A DNA stretch of 59,537 nt from a virus (lineage: Duplodnaviria; Caudoviricetes). Below are positions 18,796-27,837 of the stretch, piece by piece; positions within the stretch are counted from its first letter, which is position 1, and each line of letters begins with the position of its first letter. The stretch spans positions 1 through 59,537 of IMG/VR virus record IMGVR_UViG_3300043640_000359; one strand, written 5' to 3'. A model generated the notes under the pieces. It saw only the letters and a program-made list of their open reading frames with translations, was not told the origin of the DNA and did not search any database. Position numbers and translations under genes: made by a program.

Positions 18796-18807
18796 CGGAG
18801 CGGAACG

Positions 18808-19410
18808 ATGGCAGTCAGAACACACACTCAATCGTCGTATGACCCACTGGTGCTCACACACCCAGTGATGATCGTCGGTGATCTTGATGTCTCCGTGAGG
18901 TCCGCAATTCTTGATCATGTCGGTCATGTCTTCAAGAAGATCGAACGTACCGACGACGGGTTGACACTTCACGTCGATCAAATCGATCCATCGGCGATGT
19001 CCGGGAAGAAGAAATGGGTGTGGTTGAAGGTGATCATGGCCCTCATCCGCATCCACAAGGCCGCTGCCTACGTGTCGTTGACTCTTCGTCGTGAGGACCG
19101 ACATAAACTATACCAGGCTCTTCGTTGTGTTTACGAGACGCCCGCGCCACGATGGAAAGCTTCATACGTAATCACTGCGTGGTTGGGTGGATTCTCGAGA
19201 TTTGAGGTGTCGTCAGAAGACGCGACGGACGATCAGATTGACGCGTGGAAACGGCAACGCCGGTCCAACAAGGTTTCACTGAAGAGTTTTCATAAGAGAC
19301 ACCCAGAACGGAAACCTAGTCATCGCGCTCGATACATCGCCAAGAAAGCTGACAAGCCACGAGATCCGTTGTCGTCGGTGAAAAAGATCGTCAAGGCGGT
19401 GCAAGCATGA
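18808..19410 (+). CDS. Basic hypothetical protein
   Basis: ACGGA leader; 200 aa; visibly lower GC3 than neighbours. Confidence 0.65.
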   Translation: MAVRTHTQSSYDPLVLTHPVMIVGDLDVSVRSAILDHVGHVFKKIERTDDGLTLHVDQIDPSAMSGKKKWVWLKVIMALIRIHKAAAYVSLTLRREDRHKLYQALRCVYETPAPRWKASYVITAWLGGFSRFEVSSEDATDDQIDAWKRQRRSNKVSLKSFHKRHPERKPSHRARYIAKKADKPRDPLSSVKKIVKAVQA

Positions 19411-20438
19411 AGCTCAAAGTGAAACGCAAGCCGGCCGTCACAAAACAGGAGCTGACGCCCGAGCAACAGATCGGAAACTTCTACCGGCCCGAACGCGACG
19501 GTGTCACGTTCTCGCTGCTGTCGAACTGGACCAACTGCCGGGAGAAGGCGTTGCAATCGCTCCTGGGGATGACCAGCAAGGCCGAAGGCATGGGTCGTGT
19601 CTACGGCACCATCGTGCATGCCATCGACCAGCAGGCGCGCGACGAGCATAAGGCCGGCAAATTGAAGAAGCCTCCATCTAACGAATGGATTTCAATCCAG
19701 ATCAAACGTCTCGAGGCTCTCTGGAAAGAAGAGAATCCTCTAGCCAGCAAAGAGACGCTCGAGAATCTCGAGATGTCGCTGCTACTCGCTGACAACGTCA
19801 TGCCATACTACTTCAGGTATTGGCAAGACGATTTCAAGAAGATGAAGCATACGCGCATCGAGAGCACCTTCAAGCTACCGGCACCCGGCACCTTTCTCCG
19901 TGGCAAGATGGACGGTAACTTCGTGATGGTCGACGCACCCAAGAGCGGCTCATGGTTGCTGGAGACAAAGACGAAGTCCCGACTAGGAGACGCCGGTGAA
20001 ACAAACCTGGTGGACACACTGGGCTACGAGCTACAGGTGAACACCTACCTGGTCGCGCTGAACGAAATCGACGGCGTGACGCCGGCCGGCGTGCTCTACA
20101 ACATCGTGCGTCGGCCCGGTCTGCGACCCAAGGTGGGCGAGTCCCCGGTGCAGTTTGCCGAGCGCGTCACCGAGGACGTGAAGAAGCGACCGGACTTCTA
20201 CTTCATTCGCTTCCGCATGTCGGTGGAGAAAGGCGAGATCCGCGAGCAGGGCGTGAAGCTGCATGCCCGTATCCAGGAGTTCATGAAGTGGTATCGCGGC
20301 GAGAGCGCACACTACAACAACTCTGACCACTGCGAGAACAAATACGGCACCTGCGAGTTCATCAAGATCTGCGCGCACGGTGATCGCAGCGGTCACTACA
20401 AGCGGCCCACGGTGTTCCGCGAGTTGGAGGAGCTGTGA
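19407..20438 (+). CDS. PD-(D/E)XK exonuclease (RecB/Cas4-like)
   Basis: YGTIVH, GKMDG, ETKT, Q..Y and a Cys cluster. Confidence 0.8.
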   Translation: MKLKVKRKPAVTKQELTPEQQIGNFYRPERDGVTFSLLSNWTNCREKALQSLLGMTSKAEGMGRVYGTIVHAIDQQARDEHKAGKLKKPPSNEWISIQIKRLEALWKEENPLASKETLENLEMSLLLADNVMPYYFRYWQDDFKKMKHTRIESTFKLPAPGTFLRGKMDGNFVMVDAPKSGSWLLETKTKSRLGDAGETNLVDTLGYELQVNTYLVALNEIDGVTPAGVLYNIVRRPGLRPKVGESPVQFAERVTEDVKKRPDFYFIRFRMSVEKGEIREQGVKLHARIQEFMKWYRGESAHYNNSDHCENKYGTCEFIKICAHGDRSGHYKRPTVFRELEEL

Positions 20439-21271
20439 TGAAAGCGGAGCTGCTGATCCTCGGTGGTGGGTTCGTGGGCCAGTTGATCCACACGGTGTTC
20501 CCGCATGGCACCGTGTTGGACTGGCGAGCTGCGCCGCGCAACGGTGAGACGATGGTGCAGAACCGCTCCTTCGGTCCACAGTATTTGTGGCAACCGTTGG
20601 AGGGATTCGACTGCACACCCTTCAAGATCTTCACCACCGTCGACGGCGCGTTCGCGCGGCCAGAGAACGTGGCACGCTACAAAGCCAAGGTGGGCAAGGG
20701 TCACGAGACGGACTGGGGGATGCAGTTCGAGACCGTCACCACCGGCTATGACATCGCGATGCCGGATGTGCCGGTGTCCTACGGTCATCGCGCCACACAC
20801 ATCGATGTGGCATCGCGCACGGTCTACTTCGATGGGCAACCGCCGCGCGTGTACAGCCGGCTGTTCTCCACCATCCCGTTGTATGCGCTGTTCGAGTTGC
20901 TCGGCCACGTGGACATCGCACAGGACTTCAGCTACGCGCCCATCTTCGTCGCCAGTGGCTACGACCAACGTCGGCCCAGCAACGGGTCCATGTGGGTGGA
21001 CTACCGCAGTCAGCCGGCGGACCCGGTCTACCGTGTGACCTCTCGGCATGGCACCATGCACGAGGAAGCCTTGCAGCCGCTGGCGCCGCGGAGTTGCCGA
21101 CGGATCATCCCCGGCAAACTCTACCCGCACGCACACGTGGCAGCGATGCACGCGGTGTTGGCGTCGTACAACATCTTCTGCTTCGGCCGCTACGCCACGT
21201 GGGATGGTGACGAGCTGGCCCACCAGACCTACGACAAGATTCGCAGCTGGCAGGCGGTGGTCAATGACTGA
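20438..21271 (+). CDS. FAD-dependent oxidoreductase or mutase-like protein
   Basis: N-terminal ILGGGFVG, STIPL and C-terminal FGRYATW, as in UDP-galactopyranose mutase/HemY-like proteins. Confidence 0.65.
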   Translation: MKAELLILGGGFVGQLIHTVFPHGTVLDWRAAPRNGETMVQNRSFGPQYLWQPLEGFDCTPFKIFTTVDGAFARPENVARYKAKVGKGHETDWGMQFETVTTGYDIAMPDVPVSYGHRATHIDVASRTVYFDGQPPRVYSRLFSTIPLYALFELLGHVDIAQDFSYAPIFVASGYDQRRPSNGSMWVDYRSQPADPVYRVTSRHGTMHEEALQPLAPRSCRRIIPGKLYPHAHVAAMHAVLASYNIFCFGRYATWDGDELAHQTYDKIRSWQAVVND

Positions 21272-22247
21272 ACAAACCGAACTGGAACGAATCTGGGAGG
21301 ATCAGCGCGCGTTCAACGCGTTGCTCCGTCCCGCTCCTACGGACGAAGCGGAGCGTGGGCAGCTGACCAAGGACATGGTCATCCTTCTGACGGACGAGCT
21401 GCACGAACTCCTCCGCACCACGGTGTGGAAGAAACATCGCAACACTCCGCACCGCGGCAATCGACCGCACACCATCGAAGAGCTCGCGGACGCCTTCAAG
21501 TTCTTCATCTCGCTGTGCCAGGTGCACGACGTCACGGTGGACCAGCTCCTGAGGATGTACTGGGACAAAACAGCCGTGGTCAAGCAGCGCTATGACAGTG
21601 AATGGAAAGCGCAGCTAACCGACTGCGTGGTCGTGGATATCGACAACGTCATTGGCGACTACATCACGTGCATATGCCAGTGGCTCGCTATTCAGTATCC
21701 CAGCATCCCCGTGTCCAAGCTAAACGAGATTCGGCGTGAGGGTCGGTGGGTGAACGCGCAGAGCCTCGGCATCCCCGAGCCGCGGTGGCAGCTGATCAAG
21801 CACACGTTCCGCACGAGCGGCGCGAAGCGCGACATGCCGGTGTTCCCCGATGCCAAGCGCTTCCTCGAAGGGATGCGCGCCATGGGATTGCAAATCGTGT
21901 TGCTGACCAGCCGCCCGATCGACGGCTACCCCAACATGTACACCGACACCATCCTCTGGCTGCAGAAGAGTGGCCTGCTGTTCGACCACGTGTGGTGGGC
22001 CCACGACAAACCCGAGGCGCTGCAGAATCGCGACATTGTGGACCACGTGGTGGCCGCAGTGGACGATGACATGAAGTTCGTATCGGCGTATCGCGCGGCC
22101 GGTATCCCGGTGTTTCATCTGGTGCGTGGCGCATCGGTGACGGGCGTAGGCGCGAGCAACGGCGTGCACACGGTGTCGTCGTTGCATCACATTCAACCGA
22201 TCTTGACTCGACTGATCCTGGAGGCAACGGATGTACGACGACGCTAA
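21264..22247 (+). CDS. Dimeric dUTPase/MazG-like domain fused to HAD nucleotidase
   Basis: DELHELL..WKKH..EELADAFKF, then VDIDNVIGD, LTSR, K and VDDD. Confidence 0.8.
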   Translation: MTEQTELERIWEDQRAFNALLRPAPTDEAERGQLTKDMVILLTDELHELLRTTVWKKHRNTPHRGNRPHTIEELADAFKFFISLCQVHDVTVDQLLRMYWDKTAVVKQRYDSEWKAQLTDCVVVDIDNVIGDYITCICQWLAIQYPSIPVSKLNEIRREGRWVNAQSLGIPEPRWQLIKHTFRTSGAKRDMPVFPDAKRFLEGMRAMGLQIVLLTSRPIDGYPNMYTDTILWLQKSGLLFDHVWWAHDKPEALQNRDIVDHVVAAVDDDMKFVSAYRAAGIPVFHLVRGASVTGVGASNGVHTVSSLHHIQPILTRLILEATDVRRR

Positions 22248-23454
22248 GCACCGGCCGCATGGCACGCATTTCGGCGAGCCACCGTCCACAGAGATTACCT
22301 TCGGACCCGACTCGCTCGACGTGACGCTCGACACGTGGGGTCCGAAAGAGAATCTCTTCCCCACCATCTACGACGCGCTGCAAAGCAACTGGGGCGATAG
22401 CCCAAGTCGCACGGCTGCACACTACGACCGTCGCGACGCACACGAAGCGCCGCTGGGATCGTGGGAGCGGCAGACCGGGTGGGACCTGTTGACCGAGAAG
22501 CAGCGCACCTACGTCGAGGCGTGCTTCGCCGGCCGCACGCTCCAGCAGATTCTCGAGATGCTGACGTTCACGTTCACCATCGACGGCGTGACACGCGCCT
22601 TCACCCACGAGTTCGTGCGTGCGCGTATTGGCTCCGGTTTCATGCAGCATGGTGGCCGTGACAACGACTGGCGACACCGCCCGTGGACCATGCCCGAGAC
22701 CATCCGCCGCGCCTGCATCGCCAGTGGCGCAAACCCCGGCGATCTCGAGGAGCGCGACCACTGCCTCGTGGATATGCGGCCCATCATCGATCTGATCGAC
22801 AAGGAACGGGTCACGGCGATGGATCCGGACCCGCTCGCCACGGTGATCGATCGTCACCTGATGCGTACCAAGCGGCTTTATGCCGCACTGGTCGACGCGG
22901 GCATCCCCTGGCAGGATGCTCGGCGCGTGTTGCCCATCGGGTGCCAGACCTACATCCACGGCACGTTCAACTACGTGGCGCTCAACGGCGTACTGGCCAA
23001 CCGCTTGGAGCATATCATGGACTGGGAGATCAACTGTGTCACGCAGCTGATGCTCCGGCAGATCCACATGCACTGCCCGCCGCTCCTTGCGAAGTATCTG
23101 GGGAGCCACAGCGACAAGGCGCGCAAGGCCGCATTCGCCGGCTTGGATAGCTGGCCGCCGGACGGCAAGTATCCCAACCCGTTCGAGATCTGCGTGTGTG
23201 GGCACGGCCGCGGCGCGCACACCGGCCAGTGGGAGCACCCGCAAGCCACGCAGGATGGTTGTGGCGCGTGCGCAAGCGGTGGAACCCTGTGCCTGCACTA
23301 CCAGGCGACGGACGGTCGCCAGAGGCAACACAGGCGCGAGCAGAACCCGTTCTGGATCCTCTCGCCGGCTGCTATGGTCGGTGGCCCCATCGAGTGGATC
23401 GGAACCAACGGCGTCTATCCGGAAGACCTCCGGCCTGGCGCACGGAAGGAGTAG
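22231..23454 (+). CDS. thyX: Divergent ThyX (flavin-dependent thymidylate synthase)-like protein
   Basis: FTIDGVTRAFTHEFVRAR, GIPWQDARRVLP, WEIN; C-terminal Cys/His cluster. Confidence 0.75.
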   Translation: MYDDAKHRPHGTHFGEPPSTEITFGPDSLDVTLDTWGPKENLFPTIYDALQSNWGDSPSRTAAHYDRRDAHEAPLGSWERQTGWDLLTEKQRTYVEACFAGRTLQQILEMLTFTFTIDGVTRAFTHEFVRARIGSGFMQHGGRDNDWRHRPWTMPETIRRACIASGANPGDLEERDHCLVDMRPIIDLIDKERVTAMDPDPLATVIDRHLMRTKRLYAALVDAGIPWQDARRVLPIGCQTYIHGTFNYVALNGVLANRLEHIMDWEINCVTQLMLRQIHMHCPPLLAKYLGSHSDKARKAAFAGLDSWPPDGKYPNPFEICVCGHGRGAHTGQWEHPQATQDGCGACASGGTLCLHYQATDGRQRQHRREQNPFWILSPAAMVGGPIEWIGTNGVYPEDLRPGARKE

Positions 23455-23457
23455 GCT

Positions 23458-24339
23458 GTGGCTGTCGTCAAGAAACTGAAGGGTGCCGGTACCGTCGGCA
23501 AGAAGAAAGTGAAGGAGGTCGACGACACCCCGGCCTTCAAGATTTCGAAGGCGCTGTCGGTGCCGGTGGACAATCTCGCCGGCTACATCATCCTCCTCTT
23601 CGGCGAGAAGAAGATCGGCAAGACCACACTCGCCGCGCAGATGGGGAAGAACTACATCGCACGGTTCGAAGAGGGCACCAAGGCACTGCGCGTCTACGGC
23701 GATACCATCGGCTCGTGGCGCGATGCCAAGTCCATGGCGAAGCAGATGCTGAAGGATACCTTCTACGACACCGTCACCGTGGACACCATCGAGAAGATGC
23801 ACGCCATGTGCGACCGATGGGTGTGCCAGAAGCTGGCTATCGGCCATCTCAGCGAAGCGGACTGGGGTCAGGGCTACCAGATGGTGCGGCAGGAGATCGC
23901 CGAGTTCATCGACACGCTCGCGAAGAGCGGCAAAGGCGTTGTGCTGATCAGCCATGCGGATGTCCGCGAGATCACCGCACGCGACGGCAACAAGTACGAT
24001 CGGCTCACGGCGTCGGCACCAAAGATCTCCGCGGAGGTCTGCGAGGCGCTGGTGGATGTGTGGGCCTACTACGGCTACGAGGGTCGGCGACGCGTGCTCC
24101 AGATTCTGGGAGATGACCACGTCGCCGCAGGCCACCGACTCGACGGCCGCTTCCGCACACCGGACGGCCGACCGCTTCGACTCATCGACATGGGCAAGAC
24201 GCCGCAGCAGGGGTACAAGAACCTACTGGCCGCGTTTGCCAACGAGTTCACGCCAGTGCGTGAGACCGACGCAGACGACGATAGCGTCCCGTCTGTGGCG
24301 AAGAAGGCGAAGAAGAAGACGCTGCGTCGCCGCGCGTAG
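23458..24339 (+). CDS. AAA_24 / Sak4-like ATPase
   Basis: FGEKKIGKTT, VDT and LISH; beside the SSB-like gene. Confidence 0.75.
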   Translation: MAVVKKLKGAGTVGKKKVKEVDDTPAFKISKALSVPVDNLAGYIILLFGEKKIGKTTLAAQMGKNYIARFEEGTKALRVYGDTIGSWRDAKSMAKQMLKDTFYDTVTVDTIEKMHAMCDRWVCQKLAIGHLSEADWGQGYQMVRQEIAEFIDTLAKSGKGVVLISHADVREITARDGNKYDRLTASAPKISAEVCEALVDVWAYYGYEGRRRVLQILGDDHVAAGHRLDGRFRTPDGRPLRLIDMGKTPQQGYKNLLAAFANEFTPVRETDADDDSVPSVAKKAKKKTLRRRA

Positions 24340-24374
24340 GGTGCGGCATCTACCCTCAGTCACAGGAGAGCACA

Positions 24375-25268
24375 GTGAAGAAACCGAACAAAGGCACCGC
24401 GGCGAAGAGCATCGATCTCAAGACCCTGATGGGGTCGGGTGGCGTGAAGCGGCTGAAGGCCGCGCGTGAGAAAGCCGCTGAGGGTGGTGGCGTCACCGAG
24501 TTCGAAGACGGCCGCTACATCGCCAAGTGCACGAGCGCCACGCCGTGCAAGTCGCAAGCCGGACGCCCGCAGGTGAAGTTCGTGTGGGTGTTCGTGGATG
24601 GCGAGTACGAGAAGAAGGAGAAGTGGTCCTTCCAGGGCATCGACACGGACGACGGCATGGGCTACCTCCTGATGGATCTCGACCGTCTCGGCTACGACGT
24701 GTCGGAGGTCGAGTCGCCGGAGGAAGTGCAGGAAGTGCTCGACGCCGTGGGCAAGGACAAGCCGGTCGCGCGCATCTCGCTGAAGACCAGCGGCGACTTC
24801 CAGAACGTCCGCATCCAGAAGCTCGTCGACCTCGACGACGCCGAAGAGGAAGAGGACGACGAGGAGGAAGACGAGGCCGAGGTCGAGGAAGAGAAGCCGG
24901 TGAAGAAGGCGAAGACCGCGAAGGGCAAGAAGGCGAAGCCCGAGCCGGTGGAAGAAGAAGAGGAGGAGGAAGAGGAAGAAGAAGAGGAAGCCGACGAGGA
25001 GGAAGAAGAGGACGACGAAGCCGCCGATGACGAAGAAGGTGGTGACGAACTCGATGTCCAGGTCGGCTCCCACGTCACCGTGCAGACCAAGGCTGGCAAG
25101 AAGAAGGCCGAGATCACGGACATCCTCGAGGACGAGAACGCCGTGAAGGTGCTCACCGAGGACGGCAAGAAGTTGAAGCTGTCCGCGGAGAAGATCATCA
25201 CGGTGGACGACGTCCCCGAGGAGCCGAAGAAGAAGGCCAAGAAGACCGCGGCCAAAACCAAGAAGTAG
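24375..25268 (+). CDS. DUF669-like ssDNA-binding protein with long acidic tract
   Basis: DGRY.AK..SQAGRPQVKF..VDGEY OB-like part; poly-Glu/Asp linker. Confidence 0.65.
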   Translation: MKKPNKGTAAKSIDLKTLMGSGGVKRLKAAREKAAEGGGVTEFEDGRYIAKCTSATPCKSQAGRPQVKFVWVFVDGEYEKKEKWSFQGIDTDDGMGYLLMDLDRLGYDVSEVESPEEVQEVLDAVGKDKPVARISLKTSGDFQNVRIQKLVDLDDAEEEEDDEEEDEAEVEEEKPVKKAKTAKGKKAKPEPVEEEEEEEEEEEEEADEEEEEDDEAADDEEGGDELDVQVGSHVTVQTKAGKKKAEITDILEDENAVKVLTEDGKKLKLSAEKIITVDDVPEEPKKKAKKTAAKTKK

Positions 25269-25292
25269 ATCGGGTCTGACGGCGGTGTAATG

Positions 25293-25321
25293 CTACGAGC
25301 CGGCCGAGTGCCGGCTCGTAG
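25293..25321 (+). terminator. Stem-loop after the SSB gene
   Basis: 12-bp stem CTACGAGCCGGC/GCCGGCTCGTAG; no clear U-tract. Confidence 0.5.
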
Positions 25322-25345
25322 TGTGTTCGCGAATGGGGTGACACA

Positions 25346-25756
25346 ATGGCTGCGCTGGATCTCGGTCAACAGTACGACTACTTCAACTACGTCTACGAGT
25401 GCGCCACCGACGTGCTCGACAACCGTGCTAAGGATTACGCACCAGGAGGCGCACCACTCCTCAACGTGCTGGACACCTGTGTGCGCCGCAAGCTGACACC
25501 GTCCCAGGTGCTCGGTGTGCTCCTCGACAAACAGACCACCGCGCTCGACCGCTTCTTCAAACACGACGGCCGGCTGGACTCCGATTCCCTTCGGAGCCGC
25601 ACCATTGACGCGCTCAACTATCACGTGTTCATGCTCTTCTGGGTAGAGCGGCGCGCGGACATCTGTGAGGCGTGGCGCGTCTATTGGGACGCGCAACCCA
25701 ACAGTCAGCGAAAATCCAAGACCCTCCAAACCATCGATCGTCTCCGACAGCTATGA
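25346..25756 (+). CDS. Nmad1/DUF1599-like all-alpha nucleotide-modification-associated protein
   Basis: LDNRAKDYA...IDALNY pattern; ATGA-coupled to the polymerase. Confidence 0.5.
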   Translation: MAALDLGQQYDYFNYVYECATDVLDNRAKDYAPGGAPLLNVLDTCVRRKLTPSQVLGVLLDKQTTALDRFFKHDGRLDSDSLRSRTIDALNYHVFMLFWVERRADICEAWRVYWDAQPNSQRKSKTLQTIDRLRQL

Positions 25757-27828
25757 CCCGCTTTCGGATTCGCGGTCCGATTGCCTGGGACACGGAAGGC
25801 ACTGGACTCTCGCCGCACGGCAAGTGGAAGACCGTGTGCTACAACTTCGGCAACGCCAAGAAGCCGGACCTCGCGATTCGTCGTGTGGTGCCGGCGAGAC
25901 CGTTCGCCTTTGCGTTTTGCAACACCCAGAACCAAACGCTCTACGTGCGTGGTGAGGTGGATCCGTTCACCCGCACCGTAGCGTTCACCAAGTCGCAACA
26001 GCAGCAGATCACCGACATCCTCGCGGACGAGCGCATCCCGAAGATCGCGCACAACGGCCGCTACGATATCGGTGTGTCTGAAGCGCAAGGGTTCGTCTTC
26101 CGTGGCGAAGCGATCGACACGATGATTCTCGGGCACACCTACACGGGTGGCAGCGAGTTGACCTACGCGTTGAAGCCGCTGACAAAGAAGTACCTGGACT
26201 ACGGCGACGACGACGAGAAGATTCTGGTGAAGGCCACGCACAAGGCGCGGCTCCTCGCCAAGAAGATGCGGTGGTCCTACGCCAACGAAAAGCTCGGCGG
26301 ACGCGAGCCGGCCAAAGCCGACTACTGGCTCGCACCCTACGAGATGTGCGAGGACTACGCCACCCGCGATGCGGTTCGCGCCATGCTGCTCTACCTGATG
26401 TGGTGGCCGCAGGTTAGCGACGACCAGAAGCGAAAGATCATATGCGAGCGTGAACACAAGTTGTTCTGGACGCTCAAACGGATGGAGGATCGCGGCGCAC
26501 GGGTGCACCCCAAGGATGTGCAGCGGCTGAAGAAGTTCTACCAGGCCTACAGCGACAAACAGATTGCCGTCGCCGTGAAGAACGGCGGTGCGGGAATGAA
26601 CTACAGTAGCACCCCGCAAATGTCGGCAAAGTTCTACGACGACCGTGGACATGAACCCGTGTTCACCGACGCCGGCAACTACTCCCTCAACGGCGAGATG
26701 CTCCTGAAGCTCGCCACCGGCTACACGCTCGACGCCGACGTAGACGAACGGAAGCTGAAGAAGCTCCGCACGCTCTTCGGCCGCTCGCTGGTGTTCGACC
26801 CGAAGTCCGAGGCGTGGCTCATTCCGGCGGACCCGCTAGCAAAGAGCGTACTGGAGTACAAAGCGGCCCAACAGACCATCTCCAGTTTCTTGGAGGTCTA
26901 CGAACGCTGCTGGGTGAAGGAAGCGGCCGACACCTACATCCTGCATCCTAGCTACCGTCAGAACGGCACGAAGACCGGCCGCCTCTCCTGCAGCGATCCC
27001 AACTTGATGCAGGTGGCCAGCGAGACCACCGGCCGTCGCAAGGCCGACATTCAGAGTCGGCCGCGCGAAGCCTTCGGCCCACGACCCGGCTACGTGTGGT
27101 ATCTCCCCGACTACTCGCAGATCGAGGTGTGGCTCTTCGCACACATGTCGGGCGAAGCACGCATGATGGCGCAACTGCTGAGCGGGATGGACTACCACGG
27201 TGGTATCGCCAAGCAGGTGTTCGGGCATCTGGCCGACTTCGCCGAGCACGCCGACTACTATCGCAAGTGCGCCAAGCTGATCATGTTCGCCAAGCTGTAT
27301 GGTGGCGGTATCGACAAGCTGGCCAGTCTCCTGAAGATGGCCCGCAGCCTGGCCGCCGAGTTCATCTCCCAGTACGAGGCGTCGCTCCCTGGTGTGCGGG
27401 CGTTCATGGACGAGATGATCGACCGTGCCAAGGTGGACGGCGAGATTGAGAATCCATTTGGCCGGCGCTACATCCTCGACCACGGGTTCGAATACCGCGC
27501 CACCAACTATATGATCCAGGGCACGGCCGCTGACGTGATGAAGAATGCCATGATCAACGTGGACGACATGCTGCGTCGCGAGTGGAACGACGAAGCCTAT
27601 CTCCTGTTGACCATCCACGACGAGCTGGTGATCGAGGTGCCGTATGCCTTGCACAGCCGTCGCCTGATGTACGCTATCGTGCGTGCCATGCAGCGCGATA
27701 CCCAGACGCTGGGGATGCCGTGTCATCTCCCGGTAGATATGAAGTTCGTTACACGCCGTTGGTCGTGGACCACGAAAGTGGATCTGCCCAAGGACGTGCG
27801 CGGTGGCGTACTGTTGAAAGCCGCGTAG
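25753..27828 (+). CDS. polA: DNA polymerase family A with 3'-5' exonuclease
   Basis: DTEGTG, HNGRYD, YATRD, TGRLS, DYSQIE, K..F...YG, NYMIQGTAAD and IHDE. Confidence 0.95.
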   Translation: MTRFRIRGPIAWDTEGTGLSPHGKWKTVCYNFGNAKKPDLAIRRVVPARPFAFAFCNTQNQTLYVRGEVDPFTRTVAFTKSQQQQITDILADERIPKIAHNGRYDIGVSEAQGFVFRGEAIDTMILGHTYTGGSELTYALKPLTKKYLDYGDDDEKILVKATHKARLLAKKMRWSYANEKLGGREPAKADYWLAPYEMCEDYATRDAVRAMLLYLMWWPQVSDDQKRKIICEREHKLFWTLKRMEDRGARVHPKDVQRLKKFYQAYSDKQIAVAVKNGGAGMNYSSTPQMSAKFYDDRGHEPVFTDAGNYSLNGEMLLKLATGYTLDADVDERKLKKLRTLFGRSLVFDPKSEAWLIPADPLAKSVLEYKAAQQTISSFLEVYERCWVKEAADTYILHPSYRQNGTKTGRLSCSDPNLMQVASETTGRRKADIQSRPREAFGPRPGYVWYLPDYSQIEVWLFAHMSGEARMMAQLLSGMDYHGGIAKQVFGHLADFAEHADYYRKCAKLIMFAKLYGGGIDKLASLLKMARSLAAEFISQYEASLPGVRAFMDEMIDRAKVDGEIENPFGRRYILDHGFEYRATNYMIQGTAADVMKNAMINVDDMLRREWNDEAYLLLTIHDELVIEVPYALHSRRLMYAIVRAMQRDTQTLGMPCHLPVDMKFVTRRWSWTTKVDLPKDVRGGVLLKAA

Positions 27829-27837
27829 GAGTAGCCT

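Noticed and set aside
19407-20438. Cas4-like gene as a sign of CRISPR
   Set aside because: No array or other cas genes; context fits a recombination exonuclease.
21796-24135. 779-aa minus-strand ORF
   Set aside because: Antisense shadow of the HAD, ThyX and AAA genes caused by GC3 bias; no motifs.
24692-25729. Ser-rich minus-strand ORF
   Set aside because: Mirror of the poly-Glu/Asp codons in the SSB gene.
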